From Pseudomonadales bacterium (GTDB lineage: Bacteria > Pseudomonadota > Gammaproteobacteria > Pseudomonadales > JAHRWD01), in assembly GCA_016763075.1 (NCBI GenBank), contig JAESUM010000089.1, positions 1,757 to 65,756 on the forward strand: DNA of 64,000 nucleotides, written 5' to 3'. The notes beneath the pieces were generated by a model. It searched no databases. It was given only the letters and a program-made list of their open reading frames with translations, and had not been told where the DNA came from. This document shows, piece after piece, positions 30,469-45,498 of the stretch (position 1 is its first letter; each line of letters opens with the position of its first letter). The position numbers and the translations under genes are program-made.

Positions 30469-32301
30469 TTATTCAACCGTTACCGATTTCGCTAAATTTC
30501 TTGGCTGGTCAATGTCGGTGCCTTTTAAAACAGCGACATGATATGAAAGCAGTTGTAACGGAACCGTGTATAAAATAGGGGCCAGTAAATCGTGTATCGC
30601 CGGTATGGCTATGACATGGCAGTCACCTTCGTTGAAAACTTTCGCAGACTTGTCTGCAAACACAAATAGTTCACCGCCGCGTGCGCGAACTTCTTCTAAA
30701 TTTGATTTAAGTTTTTCTAACAATTGGTTATTGGGAGCCACTGTGATGACGGGCATGTCCGCATCGACCAACGCAAGTGGTCCATGTTTTAGTTCCCCAG
30801 CTGGATACGCTTCGGCGTGGATGTATGAAATTTCTTTTAGCTTAAGCGATCCTTCCATCGCAACGGGATACATTGTTCCACGCCCCAAAAATAGAGCGTG
30901 ATTTTTATCCGCGAAATACTCGGCAGTTTTTTTAATTTCATCATCTAGATCAAGTACCGCATCGATAAGAGACGGTAATTTCTGTAATTCTTTTACTAAG
31001 TTTCTTTCCAAGTCTTGCGAAAATGACCGCTGTTTTGCCAGTGTAATGGTAAGTAGGAAAAGCGAAACAAGTTGCGTAGTAAAAGCTTTAGTCGATGCAA
31101 CACCGATTTCAGGGCCGGCTTGGGTCATTAGATTGAAGTCGGTTTCACGTACCAATGAACTGGCAGCTACATTGCAAACAACCATCGTTGCCAAGTAGCC
31201 TGAGTGTTTGGCTTTGTACAGCGCGGCAAGAGTATCTGCGGTTTCTCCCGATTGCGAGATGGTTAGAAATAATGTGTTCGGAGAAACAACAGTCTTTCGA
31301 TATCTGTACTCACTTGCCACTTCAATTGCGCAAGGTAATCCGGCTACTTCCTCTAACCAATATTTGGCGACGAGCCCGGCGTGATAACTTGTGCCGCAGG
31401 CAATAATTTGAATCGCATCGACTTTAGCTAGTGTCTGCATTATTGCCGCGTCAAATATGTCATTTCGAACCAAACCATTTTCAATACTGGCGGAGAAGGT
31501 ATTAAAAATTACGCGAGGTTGTTCGTAAATTTCCTTCATCATGTAATGACGGTACTTTCCCTTGTCAACCGACTCAACCATATGGTCGAGTTGTTCAACA
31601 GAGCGTTGCAACTCATTACCTTCTCCATCGGTAATGGTAATACTGCTCTTATTTAATTCGACAAAATCGCCATTTTCTAAGTATATAAACCGGTCAGTAA
31701 CTTGGCGTAAAGCTAATGGATCTGATGCAAGAAAGTTTTCACCAATACCGACGCCAATTACAAATGGCGAACCCTGCCGCGCGCCAAGTAATGTATCTGG
31801 GTAATCGCTATGTAATACCGCGAAGGCAAAAGCACCTTCTAGTTGTCCTATTGTATTTTTTACCGCTTCAGAAAATCTACCGGTATGTTTCATCTCTTTT
31901 TCAATTAGATGCACTATAACTTCGGTATCGGTTTGGGACGTAAACTCGTAGCCATCGAGTTGCAATTGTTTTCGCAATGCATCGTGGTTTTCGATAATGC
32001 CATTGTGAACTAGCGCGATTTTTGTACCCGACATATGTGGGTGCGCGTTTTGTTCCGTTGGTTCGCCGTGGGTAGCCCAACGAGTATGAGCTACTCCGGT
32101 AGCGCCGTTCATTTGAGTTTCAATTTGTTCTGCTTGTAAATTCTTTACTTTTCCGGCTTTACGAATTCTATCAATCTGATGGCTAGAATTTATGATAGCT
32201 AAACCTGCTGAATCGTAGCCTCTATATTCAAGCCGGTTTAATCCTTCGATAAGTATTTCTGCCACATCCCGTGATGCGACCGCGCCTACGATTCCGCACA
32301 T
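30469..32301 (-). CDS. glmS: glutamine--fructose-6-phosphate aminotransferase
   Basis: 610-aa ORF with an MCGIVGA Ntn-amidotransferase start and two SIS domains. It ends ...KSVTVE. Confidence 0.97.
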   Translation of the reverse strand: MCGIVGAVASRDVAEILIEGLNRLEYRGYDSAGLAIINSSHQIDRIRKAGKVKNLQAEQIETQMNGATGVAHTRWATHGEPTEQNAHPHMSGTKIALVHNGIIENHDALRKQLQLDGYEFTSQTDTEVIVHLIEKEMKHTGRFSEAVKNTIGQLEGAFAFAVLHSDYPDTLLGARQGSPFVIGVGIGENFLASDPLALRQVTDRFIYLENGDFVELNKSSITITDGEGNELQRSVEQLDHMVESVDKGKYRHYMMKEIYEQPRVIFNTFSASIENGLVRNDIFDAAIMQTLAKVDAIQIIACGTSYHAGLVAKYWLEEVAGLPCAIEVASEYRYRKTVVSPNTLFLTISQSGETADTLAALYKAKHSGYLATMVVCNVAASSLVRETDFNLMTQAGPEIGVASTKAFTTQLVSLFLLTITLAKQRSFSQDLERNLVKELQKLPSLIDAVLDLDDEIKKTAEYFADKNHALFLGRGTMYPVAMEGSLKLKEISYIHAEAYPAGELKHGPLALVDADMPVITVAPNNQLLEKLKSNLEEVRARGGELFVFADKSAKVFNEGDCHVIAIPAIHDLLAPILYTVPLQLLSYHVAVLKGTDIDQPRNLAKSVTVE

Positions 32302-32350
32302 AATTAATTATTCTCTAACATTGTTATTCGATTTTTGTCAGCACTATCAA

Positions 32351-33706
32351 CTAGGGTTTTTTCCAACCTTCCACGTTTCGCTGTTTCGCTCTAGCGATCG
32401 CTAGTGAGTCTGTCGGTACATCTTTTGTGATGGTTGAACCGGCGCCAACCGTCGAATTTTTTGCGATTACAACAGGAGCTACCAATGAGCTGTTTGATCC
32501 GATGAACACGTCGTCTTCCATCACGGTTCGGAACTTGTTCTTACCATCGTAGTTACAGGTAATTGTGCCCGCGCCGACATTAACTCGTGCTCCTAGGACC
32601 GCATCACCAATATAGGATAGATGACTGACTTTTGAACCTGCCCCAATTACTGATTTTTTAACTTCAACAAAGTTGCCAACCTTTGCACCGTCTTTAAGTT
32701 CAGTGCCGGGGCGAAGACGGCCGAACGGGCCAACAGAACAATGCGCTCCAATGGATGCTCCGTCGATAACCGTGTTCGCATTAATCACCGTGCCTTTGCC
32801 GATCGCTGCATCTTTTATTACACAATTTGGGCCAATTGAAACATCAGCGGCGATGTCTACACGACCTTCGAACACAACATTAATGTCTATCACAACGTCT
32901 GTACCAACGGTTAGCTCACCGCGAATATCTACCCGAGAAGGGTCTAATAACGTCGCGCCTTGATCCATCAGATATTCACAAAGATTATTCTGATGTATGC
33001 GTTCAAGCGTAGCGAGCTGCGATCGTGAATTAATACCCTCAATTTCGCAGACGGCTTCTGGTTGATGCGTCTTTATTTTAATGTCACTGGCTTCCGCTAG
33101 CGCGACGATATCCGTAAGGTAATATTCACCCTGCGTATTATCGTTGGACAAAGCCGGTATCCATGTGCGTAACAGCTGGGTTGATACTGCCATAATTCCG
33201 GTGTTGATTTCGCGAATCTCGCGCTGTTTATCAGTCGCGTCTTTGTGCTCGATAATACCAATAACTTCGTTACCTTCGTTTCTTACGATACGTCCATAGC
33301 CACTGGGCTCAACTAAATCACAAGTTAGAATTGCCAACTTCTCTGTTGAATCAATAGAATCAAGTAAGCCTTGTAAGGTTGAGGTAGTAATCAGCGGCAC
33401 GTCACCATATAGAATGAGTGAAACTGAGTTGTCGCTAAGCAGGGGTAGTGCTTGCGCAACCGCATGCCCTGTACCATTTTGCTCGACCTGCTCAACCCAA
33501 CTTAGTTGTTGTCCTACGCATGATGATTGGACTTGATCACCACCAAAACCGTATACGATTGTGGTTTGGATCGGCGCTAGTTTAGCGGAGGTGTCCAACA
33601 CGTGTTGCAACATTGTTTTGCCAGCAAGTTTGTGGAGAACTTTAGGCAACCGTGACCTCATACGCGTGCCTTTGCCTGCTGCTAGGACAATGATTTCCAG
33701 GTTCAT
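32351..33706 (-). CDS. glmU: bifunctional UDP-GlcNAc pyrophosphorylase / GlcN-1-P acetyltransferase
   Basis: 451-aa ORF with LAAGKGTRM near the N-terminus and C-terminal left-handed beta-helix hexapeptide repeats. Confidence 0.96.
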   Translation of the reverse strand: MNLEIIVLAAGKGTRMRSRLPKVLHKLAGKTMLQHVLDTSAKLAPIQTTIVYGFGGDQVQSSCVGQQLSWVEQVEQNGTGHAVAQALPLLSDNSVSLILYGDVPLITTSTLQGLLDSIDSTEKLAILTCDLVEPSGYGRIVRNEGNEVIGIIEHKDATDKQREIREINTGIMAVSTQLLRTWIPALSNDNTQGEYYLTDIVALAEASDIKIKTHQPEAVCEIEGINSRSQLATLERIHQNNLCEYLMDQGATLLDPSRVDIRGELTVGTDVVIDINVVFEGRVDIAADVSIGPNCVIKDAAIGKGTVINANTVIDGASIGAHCSVGPFGRLRPGTELKDGAKVGNFVEVKKSVIGAGSKVSHLSYIGDAVLGARVNVGAGTITCNYDGKNKFRTVMEDDVFIGSNSSLVAPVVIAKNSTVGAGSTITKDVPTDSLAIARAKQRNVEGWKKP

Positions 33707-33728
33707 TCAACAACTCCGTATTTTAACC

Positions 33729-33757
33729 AAAAAAAAGGGTAGCCAAAAAAGCTACCC
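33729..33757 (-). terminator. rho-independent terminator of the atp operon
   Basis: Minus strand reads GGGTAGC-ttttttg-GCTACCC followed by TTTTTTTT. Stems are at 33737-33743 and 33751-33757, with the T-run from 33736 down to 33729. Confidence 0.8.
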
Positions 33758-33795
33758 TTTAATTTTAAGACATTTGGCAAAAATCGTTAAACAAT

Positions 33796-34218
33796 TTAGC
33801 CAGCCTTATTTCTCATTTGACGAATAGTACGCAATTGCGCAGATGCTTGAGCTAAGCGCGCCGCGGCCATCGCGAAATCCAACTCAGATGACTGATCTGC
33901 CGTGTCATCTTCTGCTTGTTTCTGCGCGGTTTCAGCTGCAGCTTCATCAAGATCCTTAGCTCTTACAGCTGTGTCGGCAAGTACCGTAACGGTTCCTGGT
34001 TGGACTTCAAGAAATCCACCGGAGACGTAATACAATTCTTCGTCGCCACCTTGCTTAATTACTTTAACAACACCGGGCTTCAACTGTGTCAACAATGGTG
34101 CGTGACCGTAGTACACACCAATTTCGCCTAGCTGACCTGTAGCTGATACAACTTCAGCAAGTCCCGAAAAAATCTCTTCTTCAGCACTTACGATATCGCA
34201 GTGGATAGTTATCGACAT
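33796..34218 (-). CDS. atpC: ATP synthase F1 epsilon subunit
   Basis: 140-aa ORF, last gene of the atp cluster, with a typical epsilon N-terminal beta-sandwich sequence. Confidence 0.95.
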   Translation of the reverse strand: MSITIHCDIVSAEEEIFSGLAEVVSATGQLGEIGVYYGHAPLLTQLKPGVVKVIKQGGDEELYYVSGGFLEVQPGTVTVLADTAVRAKDLDEAAAETAQKQAEDDTADQSSELDFAMAAARLAQASAQLRTIRQMRNKAG

Positions 34219-34254
34219 ATCTTTATCCTAACTTAAGTGACTTAGACGCTGTCG

Positions 34255-36527
<2,273 letters not shown>

Positions 36528-36575
36528 TCGCGATACCTATATAACGTTCTTTATCTCAAGTGAAGCGACTACTCG

Positions 36576-38120
36576 CTACCAAGTCTGTGTTGCTTTGAAC
36601 TTATCAAGCGCGTCTTTAATACCGGCTTTGATTTCGTCGCTATAATCGCCTTTTTCATTAATCTTGGTGAGCAATGTTGCATGCTCAGCATTAAGATAAG
36701 AAATCAGAGATGCTTCAAAATCGACGGTTTTGTCAATTTCAACGTCGTTAAGGTAACCTTCGTTAACTGCGTACAAAACGATACCCATTTGAGCAACACT
36801 CATGGGTGAGTACTGCTTCTGCTTCATCAATTCTGTTACGCGACGGCCTTGTTCAAGTTGGTCTCGAGTAGCTTTATCCAGGTCAGATGCAAACTGCGAG
36901 AACGCCGCTAGTTCGCGATACTGAGCGAGAGCTAGTCGAATACCGCCGCCAAGCTTCTTAATAATCTTCGTCTGAGCTGATCCACCAACACGCGATACGG
37001 ATAGACCCGCATTCATTGCTGGACGAACACCTGAGTTAAATAGGTCGGTCTCAAGGAAAATCTGACCATCGGTAATCGAAATTACGTTAGTCGGTACGAA
37101 CGCCGACACGTCACCACCTTGGGTTTCAAGGATTGGTAGCGCGGTCAAAGAACCAGTCTTACCTTTCACTTCACCATTGGTGAACTTTTCTACGTATTCA
37201 ACATTAACTCGCGAGGCTCTTTCGAGTAACCGGGAGTGCAAATAGAAAACATCGCCAGGATACGCTTCGCGACCTGGCGGCCGGCGCAACAACAAGGATA
37301 TTTGACGGTAGGCCCAAGCTTGCTTAGTCAAATCATCATAAATAATGAGAGCATCTTCGCCGCGATCACGGAAGTATTCTCCCATCGTGCAACCTGAATA
37401 CGGTGCTATATATTGCATCGCAGCCGGATCCGACGCGCCAGCAACAACGATGATTGTGTGATCCATCGCACCGTGCTCTTCGAGCTTACGCACTACGTTG
37501 GCAACGGTTGATTGTTTCTGACCAATCGCCACGTATATGCAGGTAATTCCGCTATCTTTTTGGTTGATGATGGCATCAATCGCAACAGCAGTTTTACCAA
37601 TTTGGCGATCGCCAATGATTAGTTCACGCTGACCTCGGCCAACTGGAACCATTGCATCAATTGCTTTCAAACCGAGTTGAACCGGTTGGTCAACCGCTTG
37701 ACGTTCAATTACGCCCGGAGCTACCTTCTCAATCGCATCGGTTCCAACTGACTCCACTGGACCTTTGCCATCGATAGGGTTACCTAGTGCATCAAGAACC
37801 CGTCCTTTAAGGCCCGGACCAATTGGAACTTCTAAGATTCGACCAGTACAACGAGCTGTTTGGCCTTCTTCAAGCTCAAGGTAATCACCTAAAACTACAG
37901 CGCCTACAGAATCACGCTCAAGGTTCAAAGTCATGCCGTAAATGCCACCGGGAAACTCAATCATTTCCCCGTACATTGCGTCTTGAAGACCGTGAATACG
38001 AACGATACCATCTGAAACATTTACGATAGTACCCTCGTTTCGGGCTTCTGACGTTACTTCAAATTGATCTATTCGTTTACGAATAATATCGCTGATTTCT
38101 GACGGATTCAGCTGTTGCAT
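36576..38120 (-). CDS. atpA: ATP synthase F1 alpha subunit
   Basis: 514 aa with Walker [10 protein letters not shown]. Confidence 0.98.
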   Translation of the reverse strand: MQQLNPSEISDIIRKRIDQFEVTSEARNEGTIVNVSDGIVRIHGLQDAMYGEMIEFPGGIYGMTLNLERDSVGAVVLGDYLELEEGQTARCTGRILEVPIGPGLKGRVLDALGNPIDGKGPVESVGTDAIEKVAPGVIERQAVDQPVQLGLKAIDAMVPVGRGQRELIIGDRQIGKTAVAIDAIINQKDSGITCIYVAIGQKQSTVANVVRKLEEHGAMDHTIIVVAGASDPAAMQYIAPYSGCTMGEYFRDRGEDALIIYDDLTKQAWAYRQISLLLRRPPGREAYPGDVFYLHSRLLERASRVNVEYVEKFTNGEVKGKTGSLTALPILETQGGDVSAFVPTNVISITDGQIFLETDLFNSGVRPAMNAGLSVSRVGGSAQTKIIKKLGGGIRLALAQYRELAAFSQFASDLDKATRDQLEQGRRVTELMKQKQYSPMSVAQMGIVLYAVNEGYLNDVEIDKTVDFEASLISYLNAEHATLLTKINEKGDYSDEIKAGIKDALDKFKATQTW

Positions 38121-38134
38121 TTCCTATCCCTCAA

Positions 38135-38671
38135 TCAAGAATTCATTGCTTCGGTGAGCTTTTGGATACGGCCTCGTATAGAACCATCTATAACCAGGTC
38201 GCCCGCTCGAATAACTAAACCACCTATTAGACCTTTTTCAATATCAGAGACCATATTGATGTCTTTATTGAATCTAGCCTTTAAGGCATTTAATAGCTTG
38301 GTTTTTTCACCTTCCGATAACTCGAAGGCCGAGGTGATGCTGACTTCCATCATCGCCTCTTCTTCCAATCTTAGTTTTTCAAAGCCTTTGAAAATAACCG
38401 GCAGCAATGGCAACCTGTTATTTACCGAAAGAGTATTGATAAAACTTTTTACTTTTTCATCTAATTTGCCTTCGCAAATATCGATAAATATCTCTGACTT
38501 TCGAATGGCGGTCAGCGCGGGGCTCTTTAGAACCAGCTGAATTTGCGCATCACTAGCCACTGCCGAAGCAAAAGCTAACGACTCAGACCATGCCACAAGC
38601 GCCTTTGCGCTCAACGCGTATTCAAATGCCGCCTTCGCGTAGGGCCGTGCTAGTGTGGTTAGTTCAGCCAT
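38135..38671 (-). CDS. atpH: ATP synthase F1 delta subunit
   Basis: 178 aa, OSCP/delta-like (LARPYAKAAFE). Position is between atpF and atpA. Confidence 0.9.
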   Translation of the reverse strand: MAELTTLARPYAKAAFEYALSAKALVAWSESLAFASAVASDAQIQLVLKSPALTAIRKSEIFIDICEGKLDEKVKSFINTLSVNNRLPLLPVIFKGFEKLRLEEEAMMEVSITSAFELSEGEKTKLLNALKARFNKDINMVSDIEKGLIGGLVIRAGDLVIDGSIRGRIQKLTEAMNS

Positions 38672-38676
38672 AATCC

Positions 38677-39147
38677 CTACAACTCTGCCGCTAGTTGATC
38701 AACAATCTCGCTATTAGCTGCTTTGTCGATACTAGAACCAAGTATCTTTTCAGCACCCGCTATAGCAATACTTGCCACTTGTGTTCGCAATGCTTGCTTA
38801 GCACGAGCCACTTCTTGCTCGAGTTCAGCTTGCGCAGCCAGTTTAATCCGATCCGCTTCAACGCGTGCCTGATCCTTTGCTTCTTCAACTATTTGAGTTG
38901 CTCGCTTATTTGCAGCATCTACAATTTCAGCGCCTTGATCTTTAGCTTCACGAAGTTGCTCAGCAACCTTTTCGTGAGCCAAACCAAGATCTACTTTAGC
39001 GCGATCTGCAGCGCTTAAGCCATCAGCAATCTGCTTTTGTCGTTCTTCCATCGCTGCCATCAAAGGCGGCCACACGAACTTCATGCAAAACCATACAAAT
39101 ATGGCGAAGGATATGACTTGACCAAGGATGGTTAAGTTAATATTCAC
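38677..39147 (-). CDS. atpF: ATP synthase Fo subunit b
   Basis: 156 aa with one N-terminal TM helix followed by a long charged helix. Confidence 0.9.
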   Translation of the reverse strand: MNINLTILGQVISFAIFVWFCMKFVWPPLMAAMEERQKQIADGLSAADRAKVDLGLAHEKVAEQLREAKDQGAEIVDAANKRATQIVEEAKDQARVEADRIKLAAQAELEQEVARAKQALRTQVASIAIAGAEKILGSSIDKAANSEIVDQLAAEL

Positions 39148-39191
39148 TTTAGTTCCTCTATCTCGTTAGTACGATTACGCCAACGACAGTC

Positions 39192-39461
<270 letters not shown>

Positions 39462-39475
39462 TTAAAAATAATTAG

Positions 39476-40814
<1,339 letters not shown>

Positions 40815-40925
40815 CGTGATCTGGAATGAACCATCGACCGGCGCGGATTATATTCGCTTAACGCGATGCAATCAACTTATAACCAAGCAATCTTTTAAAC
40901 GCTTTGCTGATACTGGTTTTTAGCA

Positions 40926-41804
40926 TCATTGAATATGGGCAAGTATTCCATCTAGCTCATCCAAAGAGTTATAACTAATAACTAATTTTCCCTTGCCACG
41001 GGTATTGCACTGAAGCTGCACATTGGCGCCAAGTTGGTTGGACAGCTTCTCCTGCAGGGCTTCGATGTCTGGGTTTTGCTCGATGATTACGTCGGTAGGG
41101 TTTTCACTAGAAGCGATCAGCTTACGCACCAATGCTTCTGCCTGGCGCACCGAGAACCCCTTATCGACAATTTGATTCGCAGCTTCAACTTGCTGCTCTT
41201 CAGATAGGCTAATCAGTGAACGAGCATGGCCCATTTCGATATCGCCGTGCTCAAGCATCGTTTTAACGCGATCGGTTAACGTGATTAACCGTAATAAGTT
41301 GGTTACCGTAGTGCGGGATTTACCTACAGCTTGCGCGACTTCCTGGTGTGTTAGCTCAAATTCTTCTTGGAGGCGACTAAGTGCGACAGCCTCCTCCATC
41401 GGGTTGAGGTCTTCACGTTGAATGTTCTCGATCAACGCCATGGCCACTGCGGATTGGTCAGAAATTTCTCGGACTAATACGGGAATGGTCTCCATGCCTA
41501 CCAATTGGCATGCACGCCAACGGCGCTCCCCTGCAATGATTTCAAAGCGTTCGACGCCGATTGCTCGCACCACGATCGGCTGCATAAGGCCCTGGGCTTT
41601 TATCGATTCGGCGAGCTCATCCAATGCCTCAGCATTCATATCTTTACGGGGCTGGTATTTGCCGCGCTGCATAAATTCTATCGGTAAGTAGCGTAGCTCA
41701 CCGTCATTGTCATCCACTCTAGTTTCAAGCTGCTCGGTAGTGGGCGTGCTTAGTAACGCTTCTAAACCTCGACCTAAACTTGGTTTTTTCGATTTCTTAC
41801 TCAT
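40926..41804 (-). CDS. parB: chromosome partitioning protein ParB
   Basis: 292 aa with the ParB box IIAGERRWRA and HTH region (THQEVAQAVGKSRTTVTN). Confidence 0.95.
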   Translation of the reverse strand: MSKKSKKPSLGRGLEALLSTPTTEQLETRVDDNDGELRYLPIEFMQRGKYQPRKDMNAEALDELAESIKAQGLMQPIVVRAIGVERFEIIAGERRWRACQLVGMETIPVLVREISDQSAVAMALIENIQREDLNPMEEAVALSRLQEEFELTHQEVAQAVGKSRTTVTNLLRLITLTDRVKTMLEHGDIEMGHARSLISLSEEQQVEAANQIVDKGFSVRQAEALVRKLIASSENPTDVIIEQNPDIEALQEKLSNQLGANVQLQCNTRGKGKLVISYNSLDELDGILAHIQ

Positions 41805-42595
41805 GAGGTTCCTGTAGCGGATGCACGCGTGGCTTGGTTATTTCTTAAAAATTCGGCTGCAAGGGTTAAGTAAGCAAGCGCACCGCGGGATTTTTTATCG
41901 TAATAAATAATGGGTAAACCATGGCTTGGTGCTTCTGCCAACCGAATATTTCTGGGTATTACGGTGTTGTACACCTGATCCGGGAAGTGCAAATTCAACT
42001 GCGCAGAGACCTCTTTGGTGAGGCTATTACGCGGATCATACATCGTTCGTAAGATCCCTTCGATGGTAAGTAAAGGGTTTAGAGACTGCTTGATCCCTTC
42101 GATGGTATTGATCAATGCGGACAAACCTTCAAGTGCGTAATATTCACATTGCATCGGAATTAGCACGGTGTCTGCTGCAGCCAACGCATTGATCGTCAGC
42201 ATGTTTAGCGATGGTGCGCAGTCGATAACCACGTAATCGTAAATTGATTTTTCTAGCGTAAGCGCAGCTTTAAGGCGGGTTTCACTTTTTTTCTGGCCGA
42301 CCAACCCAACCTCAGCTTCGGTGAGCTCACCATTGGATGGCAGCAAATCGTAGCCTGCTTCAGGGCAGTTTTGTAAGACTTGCGTAAACGTTGCTCGGCC
42401 TAACAAAATCTCACAAACCGTTTCGTTGAGGCTGTTTTTATCGACACCGCTACCCATCGTGGCATTACCTTGTGGATCTAGGTCAATCAGCAACACTCGT
42501 TGCTCCAAAGACCCCAATGCCGCGGCCAGACTCACACTGGTAGTGGTTTTACCCACTCCACCTTTCTGGTTAGTTATTGCGATCACTTTAGTCAA
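41801..42595 (-). CDS. parA: chromosome partitioning ATPase ParA (Soj)
   Basis: 264 aa with the deviant Walker A NQKGGVGKTT. 4-nt overlap with parB. Confidence 0.95.
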   Translation of the reverse strand: MTKVIAITNQKGGVGKTTTSVSLAAALGSLEQRVLLIDLDPQGNATMGSGVDKNSLNETVCEILLGRATFTQVLQNCPEAGYDLLPSNGELTEAEVGLVGQKKSETRLKAALTLEKSIYDYVVIDCAPSLNMLTINALAAADTVLIPMQCEYYALEGLSALINTIEGIKQSLNPLLTIEGILRTMYDPRNSLTKEVSAQLNLHFPDQVYNTVIPRNIRLAEAPSHGLPIIYYDKKSRGALAYLTLAAEFLRNNQATRASATGTS

Positions 42596-43266
42596 TGCGA
42601 GCTTCCCTTTCGTATTCGGTATAAATTCCGCTGCGCTTCTAAGCCCGGTACTTGTAACTCGGTTTCATCTAACAACACGAAACCGGCCGTTAATTTGTTG
42701 TCCTGCTTATCTACAGGTTTACCTTTCATCGCCATAAATAATCCATTTTGCGATGTTAAATGAGCTGTCAGTTGTAGCATCAAGTCGATACTCGAGAACG
42801 CCCTTGTGACTACCGTATCAAAACACTGATCGATATATTTTTCGACTCGAGTATTCACTACCGTGACGTTTTTGAGCCCTAACTCAGCAATGGCAACCTG
42901 TAAAAAACGGGTTTTTTTATTGACGCTATCGAGCAGGGTAAATTGTTTTTCTGGAAACATGATAGACAACGGTATGCCCGGTAAGCCGCCGCCAGTGCCT
43001 ACGTCGATCACCAAGTCACCTTGAAGAAATGGCACCACACTCAAGCTATCGAGAAGGTGATACACAACCATTTTTTCTGGCTGATTTATAGAGGTCAGAT
43101 TATATACATGATTCCAACGCCTTAGCATCAACAGGTATGCGATCAATTGCTCTATTTGGGGTTCAGATACCGTTAACCCTAAGGTCGCACAACCATTGCG
43201 TAACAAGTGGGTAAGGTCTGTTTTTTGCTGCGGCAATATGTTTGATTGTTTACGAGTACGGGTCAT
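42592..43266 (-). CDS. rsmG: 16S rRNA (guanine527-N7)-methyltransferase
   Basis: 224 aa with the SAM motif DVGTGGGLPGIPL. Position is between mnmG and parA. Confidence 0.92.
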   Translation of the reverse strand: MTRTRKQSNILPQQKTDLTHLLRNGCATLGLTVSEPQIEQLIAYLLMLRRWNHVYNLTSINQPEKMVVYHLLDSLSVVPFLQGDLVIDVGTGGGLPGIPLSIMFPEKQFTLLDSVNKKTRFLQVAIAELGLKNVTVVNTRVEKYIDQCFDTVVTRAFSSIDLMLQLTAHLTSQNGLFMAMKGKPVDKQDNKLTAGFVLLDETELQVPGLEAQRNLYRIRKGSSH

Positions 43267-43293
43267 AGGTGCTTATTGGATAATTCGATTTAT

Positions 43294-45183
43294 TCAGTCT
43301 AATGGCAGCTTACGTACCAAAGATTGTTTTTTTAGATGGATCAATAATAACGATACTGCCGCCGGAGTAACCCCTGAGATTCGCGCGGCTTGGCCTAATG
43401 TGGTTGGCCGTACGTCACCCAGTTTTTGTTTTACTTCGTTGGATAAACCACTGAGGCCAGTGTAATCCATATCGATTGGCAACATCACACGTTCGTTGGC
43501 TTTAAGGCGATCAATGTCTTGCTGTTGGCGGTCGATATAACCTTTGTATTTTATCTGTACTTCAACCTGTTCGGCCACTTGCGGTTGTGCTTGCGCAAGA
43601 TCAACCAACTCAAAGAGTTTTTTATAACTCAATTCTGGGCGTCGCAGTAATTCAGTTAAGTTATATTCGCGTTTGAGTTCTTTTTCAACCACCGTTTGAA
43701 TACTCAGTGCTTGGGGGCTGTTGGGTTGTATCCAGGTTTTATCCAATCTTTTAAGTTCGGTGCTGACCCCTTCTTGTTTTTCACAGAATATTTTCCATCT
43801 AAAATCATCGACAAGGCCAAAGTCACGGGCTTGTTCGGTAAGCCGGATATCTGCGTTGTCTTCTCGTAGCAGCAGACGATATTCAGCCCTACTGGTAAAC
43901 ATGCGGTAAGGCTCTTGCGCACCATGGGTGGTTATATCGTCAACCAAAACGCCAATATACGCTTCATTACGCGCCGGGTTCCAAGGCGATTGATCCTTAA
44001 CTTGCAGTCCAGCATTGATGCCCGCAAGTAACCCTTGGGCTGCAGCTTCTTCGTAACCGGTAGTGCCGTTAATTTGACCAGCGAAATAAAGCCCAGCGAG
44101 GTCTTTTGTTTCAAGTGTAAATTTTAACCCGCGTGGGTCAAAGTAGTCGTATTCGATGGCATAGCCCGGGCGGGTTATATGAGCCTGTTCCATCCCGGTA
44201 ATAGACTGGACCAACGCCAGCTGAACATCATAGGGCAAACTGGTCGAAATACCATTTGGGTATAGCTCGTGGGTCGTTAAACCCTCGGGCTCGACAAAGA
44301 TCTGGTGAGAGTTTTTATCCGCAAAACGAGTTATCTTATCTTCAATTGACGGACAATAACGTGGCCCGGTCCCTTCTATCACGCCGGTATACATCGGCGA
44401 TCTATCTAAGCCTTTCCGAATAATATCGTGGGTTTTTTCATTGGTATGCGCAATGTAACAACTGACCTGTTCTGGGTGCTGTTGGGCGTTACCGATGTAA
44501 GACATTACCGGGATAGGTTGATCACCCGGTTGAGGTTCCATCACTGAAAAATCTACTGTTCTGCCATCTATTCTGGGTGGTGTACCGGTCTTTAAGCGGC
44601 CAACATTGAGCGACAGCTCACGTAGCCGAACCGACAAATTATTGGAAGCGGGGTCACCCATTCGACCACCGGAGTAATTTTGCAGCCCTACGTGAATGAC
44701 GCCACCAAGGAAAGTACCTGTGGTGAGTATCACAGCTTCAGCCATAAATTTTAACCCGGTGTTGGTTACAACGCCGGTTACGCGGTTATTTTCAACAATA
44801 AGATCATCGGCTGATTGTTGAAAATATGACAGATTGGGCTGAGTTTCGACTAAATTTCGAATCGCTGCTCGGTACAACGCTCTGTCCGCCTGGGCTCTCG
44901 TTGCCCGTACAGCGGGGCCTTTGCGTGCATTAAGCACACGAAACTGAATTCCAGCTAAGTCGGTGGCAGTGGCCATCGCGCCACCCATAGCGTCTATTTC
45001 TTTAACCAAATGACTTTTTCCAATACCGCCAATAGCCGGGTTACAGGACATTTGACCGATGGTTTCAATATTTTGTGTTAACAGCAAGGTAGGTACGCCC
45101 ATTCGTGCTGATGCTAAAGCGGCTTCCGTTCCAGCATGGCCACCGCCAATAACGATCACTTTGTATTGTGTATTTGTAGTCAT
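43294..45183 (-). CDS. mnmG: tRNA uridine 5-carboxymethylaminomethyl modification enzyme MnmG (GidA)
   Basis: 629 aa with the FAD motif [14 protein letters not shown]. Confidence 0.97.
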   Translation of the reverse strand: MTTNTQYKVIVIGGGHAGTEAALASARMGVPTLLLTQNIETIGQMSCNPAIGGIGKSHLVKEIDAMGGAMATATDLAGIQFRVLNARKGPAVRATRAQADRALYRAAIRNLVETQPNLSYFQQSADDLIVENNRVTGVVTNTGLKFMAEAVILTTGTFLGGVIHVGLQNYSGGRMGDPASNNLSVRLRELSLNVGRLKTGTPPRIDGRTVDFSVMEPQPGDQPIPVMSYIGNAQQHPEQVSCYIAHTNEKTHDIIRKGLDRSPMYTGVIEGTGPRYCPSIEDKITRFADKNSHQIFVEPEGLTTHELYPNGISTSLPYDVQLALVQSITGMEQAHITRPGYAIEYDYFDPRGLKFTLETKDLAGLYFAGQINGTTGYEEAAAQGLLAGINAGLQVKDQSPWNPARNEAYIGVLVDDITTHGAQEPYRMFTSRAEYRLLLREDNADIRLTEQARDFGLVDDFRWKIFCEKQEGVSTELKRLDKTWIQPNSPQALSIQTVVEKELKREYNLTELLRRPELSYKKLFELVDLAQAQPQVAEQVEVQIKYKGYIDRQQQDIDRLKANERVMLPIDMDYTGLSGLSNEVKQKLGDVRPTTLGQAARISGVTPAAVSLLLIHLKKQSLVRKLPLD

Positions 45184-45207
45184 AAAAATGGGTTATAAAA
45201 TGATGAT

Positions 45208-45216
45208 TGTGAATAA
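45208..45216 (-). promoter_or_regulatory. DnaA box (TTATTCACA)
   Basis: Plus strand TGTGAATAA. Its reverse complement fits TTATNCACA exactly. Confidence 0.6.
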
Positions 45217-45224
45217 ATGGTTGT

Positions 45225-45292
45225 TTTAAAGCTTATTAATAATATAAATAAAGTATGTATATAAAAGATTATGTTTATTATTATTAGTGAGC
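45225..45292. other. AT-rich block, possible DNA unwinding element
   Basis: aaagcttattaataatataaataaagtatgtatataaaagattatgtttattattattag is nearly devoid of G/C. It lies between DnaA boxes 1 and 2. Confidence 0.45.
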
Positions 45293-45300
45293 ACTTTTTT

Positions 45301-45309
45301 TGTGGAAAA
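45301..45309 (-). promoter_or_regulatory. DnaA box (TTTTCCACA)
   Basis: Plus strand TGTGGAAAA, one mismatch to TTATCCACA. Directly abuts the AT-rich block. Confidence 0.55.
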
Positions 45310-45398
45310 GTACTTTTTGTCTAATAAAAACAATGATTTAGTATGGTTTTTAGGTTGTTGTTAATTCTTGTTAAGCCTGAGTATAGGCTGGGATGAAT

Positions 45399-45407
45399 TG
45401 TGAGTAA
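45399..45407 (-). promoter_or_regulatory. DnaA box-like (TTACTCACA)
   Basis: Plus strand TGTGAGTAA, one mismatch to TTATNCACA. Confidence 0.45.
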
Positions 45408-45434
45408 CTAGGGCTATCTGAGGCTTGCATAAAG

Positions 45435-45443
45435 TTGTCCACA
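45435..45443 (+). promoter_or_regulatory. DnaA box-like (TTGTCCACA)
   Basis: One mismatch to TTATCCACA, in opposite orientation to the other three boxes. Confidence 0.5.
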
Positions 45444-45498
45444 TTTAGGCTCATTTTATTCAGCGTTTTACAGTAGGTTATCCCATGTTTATTAACGG

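Larger units (their letters stand above)
45184..45498. other. candidate chromosomal replication origin (oriC) in the mnmG-mnmE spacer
   Basis: 315-bp non-coding, very AT-rich spacer with four DnaA-box-like 9-mers and a near-pure A/T block. It occupies the position next to mnmG(gidA) where E. coli and Vibrio oriC lie. Confidence 0.5.

Noticed and set aside
33596-33607. 12-bp palindrome CAACACGTGTTG
   Set aside because: It lies inside the glmU coding sequence, its flanks do not match parS, and there is no supporting context.
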